Of a stretch of 64,000 bases of DNA, positions 38,848-48,289 are shown in pieces. A program made the translations under genes and the position numbers. A model generated the notes under the pieces. The model did not search any database, had not been told where the DNA came from, and was given only the letters and a program-made list of their open reading frames with translations. The DNA comes from Candidatus Kaiserbacteria bacterium (GTDB lineage: Bacteria; Patescibacteriota; Minisyncoccia; Phycocordibacterales; Phycocordibacteraceae), in contig JACPGH010000007.1 in NCBI GenBank assembly GCA_016182485.1, positions 27,656-91,655 of the forward strand. The letters are read 5' to 3'. Position 1 is the stretch's first letter. Each line of letters starts with the position of its first letter.

Positions 38848-40347
38848 CTATCCTATTCGTTCCCGTAGCAACTTTTGCAGTTCTTGAGGATTGCCCGCTC
38901 CGCGGCTCTCCCGCATAGCCTGCCCGACCAGGTACTGAAGGGAGGCCTGTTTGCCGCCTCTGTACTCCTCAACCGCCTTCTGCTCGCGGGCAATTACGGA
39001 ATCAACTATGGCGCCGAGCGCAGTCGCATCGTGCACTTGGATAAGATCGTGCTCCTTCGCGATAATTTCCGGATCTTCATTACCGCCGCCTTCTACTAAA
39101 AGCGCGAGCGTATCCTTCGCGCCGCGGGAAGAGAGCGACTGGGCTTTCACCAGCTTGATGAGTTTTGCGAATGCATTTGGATCCAGTGATTCGTAATCTT
39201 CATTCCCTTTCTTTGCGTATATACCGGCAAGATCTGAAACTATGTAATTTGCCGCCAGACGAACATTATCCGAATCATTTGAAAGCGCGGCTGCGACGGC
39301 GTCGAAGAAGGCCGCCCGCTCGAGAGTGCCTGAGACATATGCGATATCGTTCTCCTTAAGCGCATAGTCTCTCGCGTACCGCTCGCGCCGGAGCCAGGGC
39401 AGCTCGGGCAGCGACGCGCGTATCGCTTCAGTCCCGAATTCCGGAATCTCAGAAATAAGCAGCTTGGGCAGATCGGGTTCCGGAAAATACCTATAGTCGG
39501 CGCTCCCCTCTTTAAACCGCTGGTGGAAGGTCTCCTGTTTTTCTTCGTTCCAGCCGCGCGTCTCCTGCACCACCTTCCCTCCTTCTTGGAGCAGTTTCGT
39601 CTGCCGCTTGATCTCAAAATCAATCGCCCGCTCCACTGACCTAAACGAATTCAGGTTTTTTATTTCGACCTTTGTTCCCAGTTTTGAATTTTGGTCATTG
39701 GTGCTTGTTTGGTTCTTGAGATTTGGTTCTTGGGATTTAGCCACGCTGACGTTCGCCTCGATGCGCATCTCGCCTTTTTCCAGATTCGCTTCGCTGGCGC
39801 CGAGAGTGCGCAAGAGAAGCTGCAGTTCGCGCGCGAAGCGGCCGGCAGTCGAAGCATCGGGGATGACCGGCTCCGTTACTAGCTCCATGAGCGGGATGCC
39901 CGCGCGATTGAAATCGACGAGACTCCTTCCTGCAGTCCGTTCGCTGCGCTCAGGATCTCCGGCTTCGCCTGCGACGTGAATAGAGCGGGCGGTATCTTCT
40001 TCGAGATGCACGCGCGTCAATTCCACTCCAACAAGAGAGCCGCCGACAACAAGCGGGTTGGCATACTGACTGATCTGATACCCCTTCGGAATATCCGGGT
40101 AAAAATAGGACTTGCGATCGAATTCGCTGTAGTCCGCGAGCGCGCCGCCGAGCGCGGTGCCGACACGCAGGATATGCCGCACCGCCTCCCGATTCGCTAC
40201 CGGCAGAGTCCCGGGGTGAGCGAGACAAATGGGACATATATTGACGTTCGGCCGCGTCTCGTCCGGATCGTTCGCGCAGGAGCAGAACATCTTGGTCCGG
40301 GTCTTGAGCTCGGCGTGGATCTCGAGACCGATGGTAGGACGATACAT
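38848..40347 (-). CDS. gatB: Asp/Glu-tRNA amidotransferase subunit B
   Basis: IGLEIHAEL, FDRKSYFYPD.PKGYQISQ, VEIKNLNSF, DYRYFPEPDLP; start at ATG 40347. Confidence 0.96.
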   Translation of the reverse strand: MYRPTIGLEIHAELKTRTKMFCSCANDPDETRPNVNICPICLAHPGTLPVANREAVRHILRVGTALGGALADYSEFDRKSYFYPDIPKGYQISQYANPLVVGGSLVGVELTRVHLEEDTARSIHVAGEAGDPERSERTAGRSLVDFNRAGIPLMELVTEPVIPDASTAGRFARELQLLLRTLGASEANLEKGEMRIEANVSVAKSQEPNLKNQTSTNDQNSKLGTKVEIKNLNSFRSVERAIDFEIKRQTKLLQEGGKVVQETRGWNEEKQETFHQRFKEGSADYRYFPEPDLPKLLISEIPEFGTEAIRASLPELPWLRRERYARDYALKENDIAYVSGTLERAAFFDAVAAALSNDSDNVRLAANYIVSDLAGIYAKKGNEDYESLDPNAFAKLIKLVKAQSLSSRGAKDTLALLVEGGGNEDPEIIAKEHDLIQVHDATALGAIVDSVIAREQKAVEEYRGGKQASLQYLVGQAMRESRGAGNPQELQKLLRERIG

Positions 40348-40366
40348 ATGCGAAAGATACTTCATA

Positions 40367-40521
40367 AAGCACCAAATCTCAAATCGCAAGATCCAAGATG
40401 AGTGCCCAAGAACCAACCTCTAAGAACCAAACAAAAACCAATGTCCAAAGGACCAATGTTTTATTTTTGAAGATTGGTGCTTGAAATTTGTTTGGTACTT
40501 GGGGTTTGGTGCTTGGAATTT
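40367..40521. repeat. Heptad inverted-arm element, family B, empty copy
   Basis: ACCAA-type 7-mer arm followed by a TTGGT-type arm; the right arm encodes the ObgE C-terminal tail. Confidence 0.8.
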
Positions 40522-41483
40522 AGTATTTTTGAGAGTGTACCCGAGAATGCTTTGACCGATTCGGGCTCTTCGACCGTGACTGAAAGCACTTCCCTGCCGG
40601 TACTAGCGGCTAGAAGCTGGATCCTGGTTTCTCGTTCTGCGGCAGATATGAGGTCTATTTTTGACAGGATAATAATCTCTCGTTTGCGGGTCAGGCCTTG
40701 GCCGAATGCCTCAAGCTCTTTGCACACCTCCTCATAGGCCTTTAGCGGGTCATCTTGGTCTGCCGAGACGAGATGCAAGAGAATACCTGTCCTTTCTATA
40801 TGCTTCAGGAATTTTATGCCGAGTCCTCGGCCAGCCGAGGCGCCTTCTATCAAACCAGGTATATCGGCCAGGATATAGCCATAGAAATCGCCGAGCGTTG
40901 GTTCGAGGGTTGTAAAGGGATAGTCCCCTATCTTAGACTTCGCGCGAGTAAGGGCGTTTAAGAGAGAGGATTTCCCGGCATTGGGCAAGCCAATGAGCCC
41001 CACATCGGCGATAAGCTTGAGAGACAGCTCGATATTCCCCTCCTTCCCCGGCTTGCCGGCTGTCTGCTGGAAAGGATTCCGGTTCGTAGAGCTCTTGAAG
41101 CGCGCGTTGCCGAGCCCGCCCTTCCCCCCGCGGAAGATAATGATGCGCTCCCCTTCTTCCTTCACCTCGTACTCCTTCCCGACCGAGGGCACTCGGACAT
41201 GCGTTCCGACCGGGACCTTAAGGAGAACCGGCTCGCCGTCCGCCCCGGTCTGAAGCTCGTTCTTCCCAGCTTCGCCGTCTTCTGCCTTAAATTTTTTCTC
41301 ATATTTATAATTGGCGAGAGCGGCATAATCACGCACTCCAACCAGAATAACGTCGCCTCCCCTGCCGCCATCCCCGCCCGAGGGCCCGCCCTTCGCCTTT
41401 TCTTTGGTCCGCCGCCAGCGAATGACGCCGTCGCCGCCCTTCCCCGCCGCGGCGTAGATTGTCACCTCGTCTACAAATGCCAT
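40461..41483 (-). CDS. obgE: GTPase ObgE/CgtA
   Basis: FVDE, GGPSGGDGGRGG, GLPNAGKSSL, YPFTTL, DIPGLIEGA; start at ATG 41483. Confidence 0.96.
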   Translation of the reverse strand: MAFVDEVTIYAAAGKGGDGVIRWRRTKEKAKGGPSGGDGGRGGDVILVGVRDYAALANYKYEKKFKAEDGEAGKNELQTGADGEPVLLKVPVGTHVRVPSVGKEYEVKEEGERIIIFRGGKGGLGNARFKSSTNRNPFQQTAGKPGKEGNIELSLKLIADVGLIGLPNAGKSSLLNALTRAKSKIGDYPFTTLEPTLGDFYGYILADIPGLIEGASAGRGLGIKFLKHIERTGILLHLVSADQDDPLKAYEEVCKELEAFGQGLTRKREIIILSKIDLISAAERETRIQLLAASTGREVLSVTVEEPESVKAFSGTLSKILNSKHQTPSTKQISSTNLQK

Positions 41484-41497
41484 TGCACCACGATACG

Positions 41498-41971
41498 CTA
41501 AAAAGAACCAAGAACCAAATCGCAAGAACCAAACAAACCACGCTAAAAAGAACCAAGGACCAAACAAACACTCAGGATACCTTATTGATGATTGCAGTAA
41601 GTATGAGCATGATTTCCCGCGCCTCGGATCTCAAGCGATGGCATTCCGCTATTCCATTTTCATTTGACTCTAGCAAGGAAAGCCAAAAGGCACTTTCCTT
41701 TGCTTCTTTTCGAGATATCCGCAATCTCATAACGAAGTCCTTCTTCCCGAGCGCCTCATTTCCTTCAATATAATTTGCCCCAATGGCTCCGGATGAGCGA
41801 ACTAATTGCTTAGCATCTTCATTGTTTTGTATGGTTTTCGGTAATCTGGAAACAAGCTTTCGTACGTCTTGAGCAAAAATCAGCGTCCTTTCTTCAAGAT
41901 TAAAACGTTTGCTCTTTTGAACATTGGTCATTGAGATTTGTTTGGTTCTTGCGATTTGTGATTTGGTACTT
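41498..41971. mobile_element. Putative gene-carrying family B element: heptad inverted arms enclosing a second four-helix-bundle gene
   Basis: Perfect 21-bp inverted repeat 41517-41537 / 41937-41957 within longer imperfect arms; mobility is inferred. Confidence 0.55.
41572..41931 (-). CDS. Four helix bundle protein (23S rRNA IVP / Avd-like family)
   Basis: FNLEERT..FA, QLVRSSGAIGANYIE..EALGKKDF..RL.ISRKEAKES.FWL. Confidence 0.92.
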   Translation of the reverse strand: MTNVQKSKRFNLEERTLIFAQDVRKLVSRLPKTIQNNEDAKQLVRSSGAIGANYIEGNEALGKKDFVMRLRISRKEAKESAFWLSLLESNENGIAECHRLRSEAREIMLILTAIINKVS

Positions 41972-44474
41972 CAATAATACTCCATCCGTCGGCGAGGAAC
42001 GGTTCGGCTTTTTTATATTTTATCGTCTTCGTTTCGTCGCCTTTTTTGATGGTAACAAAATCGTTCCGGCCGTAGGATTGCTTGTTTACGATCGGCTGAG
42101 ACCCGGAGTCTTCCGAGCCGGCGGCTATGAGTTGCGCCCGGATCTTCGCTTCTTCCGCCCTGATGCGCGCCTCGTCCCGCGGCAGGATGTGCGGAACCAT
42201 CTCGGCGATGGTGGCACGGATATTTTCTTCGAGCTGACGGAAGCGCGCGAGCCCTTCGCGCCGATACTCGATGAGAGGATCCCGCTGGCCATACGCGCGC
42301 AAGGACACCGAGCGGCGCAGATAATCCATCGCCTCTAGATGCTCGAGCCAGAAAGTGTCGATTACCTGCAGAAGGAGTCTCCGGAGGGTCGCTCCGAACG
42401 CCTCGCCTAGCTCGGCCTTCCTGGCTTCGAATGTCTCGAGGGTCTGCGCAGGCGCGCCCGCGAGCATCTCCCGGACGATCTCTTCCACTTCGGCGTTACT
42501 CCCGAGAAGCGCGGTCCGGCGGCGAGCATAGATCGCGAGCCGCTGGGTATTCATCACGTCGTCGTAGGCGAGCACCTGCTTGCGCGCGTCGAAGTTGAAG
42601 CCCTCGATGCGCTCCTGCGCCGTCTCGAGCGACCGCGTTATCATCGCGCTCTCTATCGGCTCGTCCTCGGGAATGCCGAAGCGGCCCATCACCTTCTTCA
42701 GGGTCTCAGACGCGAACACGCGCATCAGCTTGTCTTCCAGAGATACGTAAAATCTCGTTTCGCCGGGATCGCCTTGGCGGCCGGAGCGGCCGCGCAGCTG
42801 ATTGTCGATGCGGCGCGCGTCATGCCGCTCCGTGCCGATGACCACCAACCCTCCCTTTAAGAGAACGGAGGCGCGCTCGTCCGCAGTGGCGCGCGCGCCG
42901 CCGAGCTTGATGTCGACGCCTCGGCCGGCGAGGTTGGTCGCCACCGTCACCCTCCCCTCCTTCCCCGCCTCCGCAATGATCTCGCCTTCGCGTTCGTGAT
43001 TCTTAGCGTTCAGCAACTCGTGCGGCACTCCCGCCTCGGCGAGATACCCGCTCACCAGCTCGTTGTCCTCGATCGATACGGTGCCGACGAGGATCGGCTG
43101 GCCTTTCTCATGCCGTTCCTTCACGGCTTTCGCCACCGCGCGGTATTTCCCGGCCGCCGTCTGGAATATGAGGTCGTCGTGATCCTTGCGCGCGACCGGC
43201 TTGTTAGTCGGGATGGCTACGACCTCGAGCCCGTAGACTGTATAAAATTCTTCCTCGGAAGAGAGGGCCGTGCCCGTCATGCCCGCGAGCCGCGCATACA
43301 TACGGAACAGATTTTGGAACGTCACGGTCGCGTACGTCCGCGTTTCTTCTTTCACTGCGGCGCCTTCTTTCGCCTCGATCGCTTGATGCAGGCCCTCCGA
43401 CCAGCGGCGGCCGGGCTGGAGCCTGCCGGTAAACTCGTCGACGATGACTATCTCGCCGCCCTGTACCACATATTCCTTATCCTTATGGAAAAGCGCCTTG
43501 GCGCGCACGGCCGTCTCAAGATGGTGCGCGTACTTCACCCCGCCCTCGGTATATAAGTTCTCGAGGCCGAGCGCCGCTTCGGCTTTTTTCATTCCCGCGT
43601 CCGTCACTTGGATCGCCTTCTGCTTCTCGTCCACCGTGTAATCCTCTCCCTCCCGCATGTGCTCGACGATGCCGGCGAACCGCTCGTAGAGCATCTGCGA
43701 ATCTCCCGCGGGCCCCGAGATGATAAGCGGAGTGCGCGCTTCGTCGATCAAGATCGAGTCTACCTCGTCGATGATCGCGTAATGGAAGCCGCTCTGCCGC
43801 TGGACTATCTGCGGCATTTCATACGCGGTATTGTCGCGCAGGTAATCGAATCCCAATTCGTTGTTCGTCACGTAGGTGATGTCCGCGGCGTACGCCTCCT
43901 GCTTGGACACCGGCCGCAGATAATCGTAAAAGACGAGATACGCCCCGGCTACATCGCGCGCCTCGTCCTCCTGCTTCTCCGTATGCGATGCGTCATATCG
44001 AAAGGCGCCGGAACTCGTCACCACGCCCACCGAAAGGCCGAGATAATCGTAGATCTGTCCCATCCAGGCCGCATCGCGCCGCGCGAGATAGTCGTTCACC
44101 GTGATGATGTGCACGCCTTTGCCGGAGAGCGCATGGAACGTGGCCGGTAGAGTCGCGACCAGCGTCTTCCCTTCTCCGGTGCGCATCTCGGCGATCTTCC
44201 CCTGCGCGAGCGCGAGCCCTCCCGCGAGCTGGACATCGAAATGGAACTGCCCGAGGGTACGGCGCGCCGCTTCGCGCACGAGAGCAAATACAAGCGGCAA
44301 GTCCTCCTCCCGAGCGGCTTCGCCCTTGAGCGCCGCGAGCCTCCCGGAAAGCGCCTCTTTCGGCAGTCCCGTAAGCTCGCCCTCGAGCGCATTCACCCTC
44401 TCGATGGCCGGCGCCGCCGCTTTGAGAAATGCGGCGGATTGATCCTTAGAGAATAAGCGCGAAAGCCCTAACAT
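41928..44474 (-). CDS. secA: Preprotein translocase ATPase SecA
   Basis: EMRTGEGKTL, DEVDSILIDEARTPLIISG, QLRGRSGRQGDPG; start at ATG 44474. Confidence 0.96.
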   Translation of the reverse strand: MLGLSRLFSKDQSAAFLKAAAPAIERVNALEGELTGLPKEALSGRLAALKGEAAREEDLPLVFALVREAARRTLGQFHFDVQLAGGLALAQGKIAEMRTGEGKTLVATLPATFHALSGKGVHIITVNDYLARRDAAWMGQIYDYLGLSVGVVTSSGAFRYDASHTEKQEDEARDVAGAYLVFYDYLRPVSKQEAYAADITYVTNNELGFDYLRDNTAYEMPQIVQRQSGFHYAIIDEVDSILIDEARTPLIISGPAGDSQMLYERFAGIVEHMREGEDYTVDEKQKAIQVTDAGMKKAEAALGLENLYTEGGVKYAHHLETAVRAKALFHKDKEYVVQGGEIVIVDEFTGRLQPGRRWSEGLHQAIEAKEGAAVKEETRTYATVTFQNLFRMYARLAGMTGTALSSEEEFYTVYGLEVVAIPTNKPVARKDHDDLIFQTAAGKYRAVAKAVKERHEKGQPILVGTVSIEDNELVSGYLAEAGVPHELLNAKNHEREGEIIAEAGKEGRVTVATNLAGRGVDIKLGGARATADERASVLLKGGLVVIGTERHDARRIDNQLRGRSGRQGDPGETRFYVSLEDKLMRVFASETLKKVMGRFGIPEDEPIESAMITRSLETAQERIEGFNFDARKQVLAYDDVMNTQRLAIYARRRTALLGSNAEVEEIVREMLAGAPAQTLETFEARKAELGEAFGATLRRLLLQVIDTFWLEHLEAMDYLRRSVSLRAYGQRDPLIEYRREGLARFRQLEENIRATIAEMVPHILPRDEARIRAEEAKIRAQLIAAGSEDSGSQPIVNKQSYGRNDFVTIKKGDETKTIKYKKAEPFLADGWSIIEVPNHKSQEPNKSQ

Positions 44475-44600
44475 TGGGCCATCATACCCCGTATGACTAC
44501 TTTTCGCGATATTGCATATTGGTAAAAGTACGTACAGCCAGCGCGTGGAGGCATACATAGAAAACAGGCGCGGCATCGGCGAGTTGTCATACGGGGCATA

Positions 44601-44636
44601 ACAGAAAATCGCGTCCTCCGGGACGCGATTTTCTGT
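44601..44636 (-). terminator. Intrinsic terminator hairpin
   Basis: ACAGAAAATCGCGTCC-tccg-GGACGCGATTTTCTGT perfect 16-bp stem. Confidence 0.7.
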
Positions 44637-44649
44637 ATCGAGGCTGATA

Positions 44650-44697
44650 CTATTTGCGCTTCTTCGATGCCTTTTTCTTTGCCTTCTTCTTTGCCAT
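44650..44697 (-). CDS. Putative 15-aa lysine-rich microprotein MAKKKAKKKASKKRK
   Basis: ATG...TAG in an otherwise empty intergenic region, followed immediately by a terminator. Confidence 0.5.
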   Translation of the reverse strand: MAKKKAKKKASKKRK

Positions 44698-44936
44698 GGT
44701 GGTTGCAATTTAGAATAACGGCTGATATGTCGACCCGTCTGCGCATTCGCCAGCTGGCGAAAAATTTTCCGCAAACGTTTCTACTCACTAGTATCGCGCA
44801 TTAAAAATATTTTTTGGGTTAATTTTTGCGCGACCTGTGGATAAACTCGCGTCAAAAAATTTCTCCGCAAAAAAATTTTCTCTAAAAGTTTTGAAAATCT
44901 TCTTGTTTCTCCCGCTTGCCCAGTAGGAAATGCCTT

Positions 44937-47147
44937 TTACTGGGCTTGTATCTGCGCGATCGCGGAGTTCGCCGCGGCCGCCGCCTCCGGGAAACGGTCG
45001 GCGGCGGCGCGCAGCGTACGAATAGCTGCGGACGAATTGCCTGATTGGTACTCCGCTGAAGCGAGCGCGAACCAAGCCTGCGGCGGGGCCCCCGGCTTCT
45101 CTGTGCGCTGCGCGAGCATCGAAATAAGACGCGGCCAGTTTTTGGTACGTAAATACGCGATCGCGAGGATGTCGCTGTCCACTTCGGTAGTCCCGAAGTA
45201 AGACACGAGGATCGCGTCGGCCGCCGCCTGGTCGCCCGCCGCGAAATGGCCGAGAGCGGCATAAATCGCGAGATCGGAGAATTGGGGGCCGAGCTCATAC
45301 GCTTTCAGGAAATCCGCCTGAGCGGCTTTCGTCTCGCCGAGATCCAGCTCGAGCGCGCCCTTCTCGACATAAAAGCCTTCTTTCCTAGGGGAGAGCGCGA
45401 CGGCCGCTTCCATCTCCTCTAAGGCGCGCGCGCCGTCGCCGGCCGCGCGATACGCATAGGAGAGTTGCAGGCGTCCGCGCGCATCCCGCGGATACGCGGC
45501 AACCTGTTTCTGCATTTCTGCGATGGCGAGAGTTACCATCCGCTGCTTTAGTTCTTGCGGGGCAGCCGGATTCTGCGCGATCGCTCCGGCGGCTGTTACC
45601 ATCTGCTCGCGGATCTCTTGCGCCGCGAAGGAAGGATTTTTCGCGAGCTCCTCGAAAACAGAGATATTCTTCGCAAGATCGTTCGACGGCGTGAGGGCAG
45701 TGATGAGCTTGCCGGCTGTCTGCATGCCGGAGATATTTACGGTCCAAATGACGACGAGCGCTCCGACTGCCGCGACCGGAAGCGCGTAAGTGGCCGCGTC
45801 GCTTTCGGAAAGTACCGGCGCCCGCTCGACCCATCGCATCGGCCGCGCCGCGCCCTCCGAAGCCTTGTGCGAAGGAAGGGCCACTTTCGAATCTATGTAG
45901 GCGAGTATCGCGAAGAAGTAAACGTACGAATACAGATTGTCGAAGACGAACATATTGTGCACCGCATAGCCGACGAGCGCGGCCGTAAGCGCGATGCGCT
46001 CGCCTGCGGAAAGCTGCGGGCCATGCCTGCTCGCCTCGCTCGCAGGCCGCCACAAGTACCAGAACGCGAGGCCGAAAAGGGATACATATAATAGGAATGC
46101 CGGGACCCCTCCGGCAGTCAGCCAGTCAATGAATGCGCTGTGCGCGCGGTCGAACCACGGCTCCTGGGTATGCAAGGAAGGGTCGTAATGAGCGTTGAAT
46201 ATATAATTAAATCCCTCCTGCCCCCAGCCGGAAACCGGACGCTCGCCTACCCCTGCCAAGGCCATCTTCCAGATGGTGAATCGGGTCTGCCCGTCCGAAA
46301 GCGAGATCGAGGCGATGCGCTGAAGCGTATGATTACTCCGTACAAAGGAGGTATCGCGCGCCGCGTAGAACGCGGCCGAGGCGAAAATAATGAGCGCGAG
46401 CGCGAGGGCTGCTACAAGGCGGGCGCGCCGGTGCGCGAGCTTCCATGCGGCCAGAAGCGCGGCAAGGACGAGCGCTGCCGCGAGAGCAAGTACCGTACCG
46501 CGAGTTTCCGTAAAGAAAAGGAGAACGCCCTCAAGCAGCGCGAGCCCGCCAAGCGAGTAGCGCAGCCACGGCCGACGCTCTGAAAACGCGAGCGAGAGCG
46601 CTATGAAAATATTGAACAAGAGATAGATCGCGAGGTATGCGGAATTGCCGAACGAAGCGTCGATCCGGGTCGCGCCCTGATGGATAGCGAGCCTGCCCGC
46701 TATCTGAAGGAGCGCGTACGCAGAGACGATGAGCGAGACGGCGAGCGACGAAAGAAACCATGCGCGCCACTTCTTCTCGGCGCCGAGGACGGCGCTCGCG
46801 GCACCGAAGAAGCCCAAGAGATGCACCAGGAGAATCCAGCCTTCCATCCGCTCGAAATTGCTCCAGAACGCCTTGGCGGCATTCGGCGCGAATGCATCCG
46901 CCACGGACATCCAAGCCACGAAAACAAGGACCGCGACGCCGAGCCACGAGAACCGCGGGCGATATGCCTTATCGACAAGCATGAGCACCGCCCAGGCGGC
47001 GACGGCGATCTCCGTTACGATGCGAAAATAAAACGCCTTGCCCGTGATGAACGGGAAGAAGAAGGAGTCGACGACAATGAGCGGCGTGAGCGGTACCAGA
47101 AAAAGAGCCCCGAGCGCTACATATCTGGCTATTTGTCGAGCATCCAT
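44937..47147 (-). CDS. O-antigen ligase-like membrane protein with C-terminal TPR repeats
   Basis: Many TM helices, TRFTIW..A..G..ERP..GWGQEGF, FDRAHS, TPR-like helices. Confidence 0.85.
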   Translation of the reverse strand: MDARQIARYVALGALFLVPLTPLIVVDSFFFPFITGKAFYFRIVTEIAVAAWAVLMLVDKAYRPRFSWLGVAVLVFVAWMSVADAFAPNAAKAFWSNFERMEGWILLVHLLGFFGAASAVLGAEKKWRAWFLSSLAVSLIVSAYALLQIAGRLAIHQGATRIDASFGNSAYLAIYLLFNIFIALSLAFSERRPWLRYSLGGLALLEGVLLFFTETRGTVLALAAALVLAALLAAWKLAHRRARLVAALALALIIFASAAFYAARDTSFVRSNHTLQRIASISLSDGQTRFTIWKMALAGVGERPVSGWGQEGFNYIFNAHYDPSLHTQEPWFDRAHSAFIDWLTAGGVPAFLLYVSLFGLAFWYLWRPASEASRHGPQLSAGERIALTAALVGYAVHNMFVFDNLYSYVYFFAILAYIDSKVALPSHKASEGAARPMRWVERAPVLSESDAATYALPVAAVGALVVIWTVNISGMQTAGKLITALTPSNDLAKNISVFEELAKNPSFAAQEIREQMVTAAGAIAQNPAAPQELKQRMVTLAIAEMQKQVAAYPRDARGRLQLSYAYRAAGDGARALEEMEAAVALSPRKEGFYVEKGALELDLGETKAAQADFLKAYELGPQFSDLAIYAALGHFAAGDQAAADAILVSYFGTTEVDSDILAIAYLRTKNWPRLISMLAQRTEKPGAPPQAWFALASAEYQSGNSSAAIRTLRAAADRFPEAAAAANSAIAQIQAQ

Positions 47148-47191
47148 AATGGCGCAACTATAGCACATCGTGTAAGGTATCCTTATATTGT

Positions 47192-48289
47192 ATGGCGGCT
47201 AAGGCCTTCATCACTGGAATAACAGGCCAGGACGGTTCGTATCTGGCCGAGCTCCTGCTTGAAAAAGGCTACGAGGTTCACGGACTCATCCGGCGGGCGA
47301 GCAATTTCAACACGCAGCGCATAGACCATATATATGAAGATTCCCATTCTCGAAGCGGGAAGCTCTTTCTCCATTTCGGGGATCTCTCCGACGGAAGCAA
47401 TTTGAACCGCCTCTTGAGCAAGATCGGGCCGGACGAGATATATCATCTCGGCGCCCAGAGCCATGTGCGGGTAAGCTTCGACATGCCGGAATTCACCGCC
47501 GACGTTACCGGCCTCGGCACGCTCCGCCTGCTCGATGCCATGCGGGAGGCGGGACTCTCGAAGACCCGGTTCTATCAGGCGTCTTCGAGCGAGATGTTCG
47601 GAAAAGCAACCGAGATCCCGCTCAAAGAAACCAGCCCTTTCCATCCGCGCTCGCCATATGGGTGCGCAAAAGTGTTCGCGTATTGGATCACCAAGAATTA
47701 CCGCGAATCTTACGGCTTGTTCGCGGCGAACGGCATCCTCTTCAATCACGAGAGCGAGCGGCGCGGCGAAACGTTCGTGACCAGAAAAATTACGAAAGGT
47801 CTTTCCCGCATCGCGCTCGGACTGCTAGAGAAGATTTATCTGGGTAATCTCGATGCCGAGCGCGACTGGGGCCATGCGAAAGACTACGCGGAAGGCATGT
47901 GGCGCATTCTCCAGCACACGGAACCGGACGATTTCATTCTGGCTACGAACGAGTCCCACAGCGTCCGCGAATTCGTCATGGAAGCCGGCAAAGCGCTCGG
48001 CATGAATATTGCCTGGAGCGGCAAGGGTCTCTCCGAGCGCGGCATAAATATGGATACCGGCAAGACGATCATCGAGATAGATCCCCGTTATTTCAGACCG
48101 GCGGAGGTGGATATTTTGCGCGGCGATTATGCCAAAGCTCGGAAAAAACTGGGGTGGAAACCGAAGACCTCGTTCCGAGATTTGGTGCGGTTGATGATCG
48201 AAGCCGATTTCGGGAAGGAGCGGCTGCTGACACACGCGCCTGTGTTGAACGCAGTGGGCCTTAAGAAATCTCATGGGGCGAAACGCTAA
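47192..48289 (+). CDS. gmd: GDP-mannose 4,6-dehydratase
   Basis: [45 protein letters not shown]. Confidence 0.96.
   Translation: MAAKAFITGITGQDGSYLAELLLEKGYEVHGLIRRASNFNTQRIDHIYEDSHSRSGKLFLHFGDLSDGSNLNRLLSKIGPDEIYHLGAQSHVRVSFDMPEFTADVTGLGTLRLLDAMREAGLSKTRFYQASSSEMFGKATEIPLKETSPFHPRSPYGCAKVFAYWITKNYRESYGLFAANGILFNHESERRGETFVTRKITKGLSRIALGLLEKIYLGNLDAERDWGHAKDYAEGMWRILQHTEPDDFILATNESHSVREFVMEAGKALGMNIAWSGKGLSERGINMDTGKTIIEIDPRYFRPAEVDILRGDYAKARKKLGWKPKTSFRDLVRLMIEADFGKERLLTHAPVLNAVGLKKSHGAKR

Noticed and set aside
17934-41931. Diversity-generating retroelement suggested by the Avd-like genes
   Set aside because: No reverse transcriptase, and I found no template/variable repeat pair differing at adenines in this window
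40348-44774. N-terminal extensions of gatB, obgE and secA (also rpe, rpiB, gap) in the ORF track
   Set aside because: They translate repeat arms or intergenic DNA; downstream ATGs fit homologue starts and, for most, the -10 spacing
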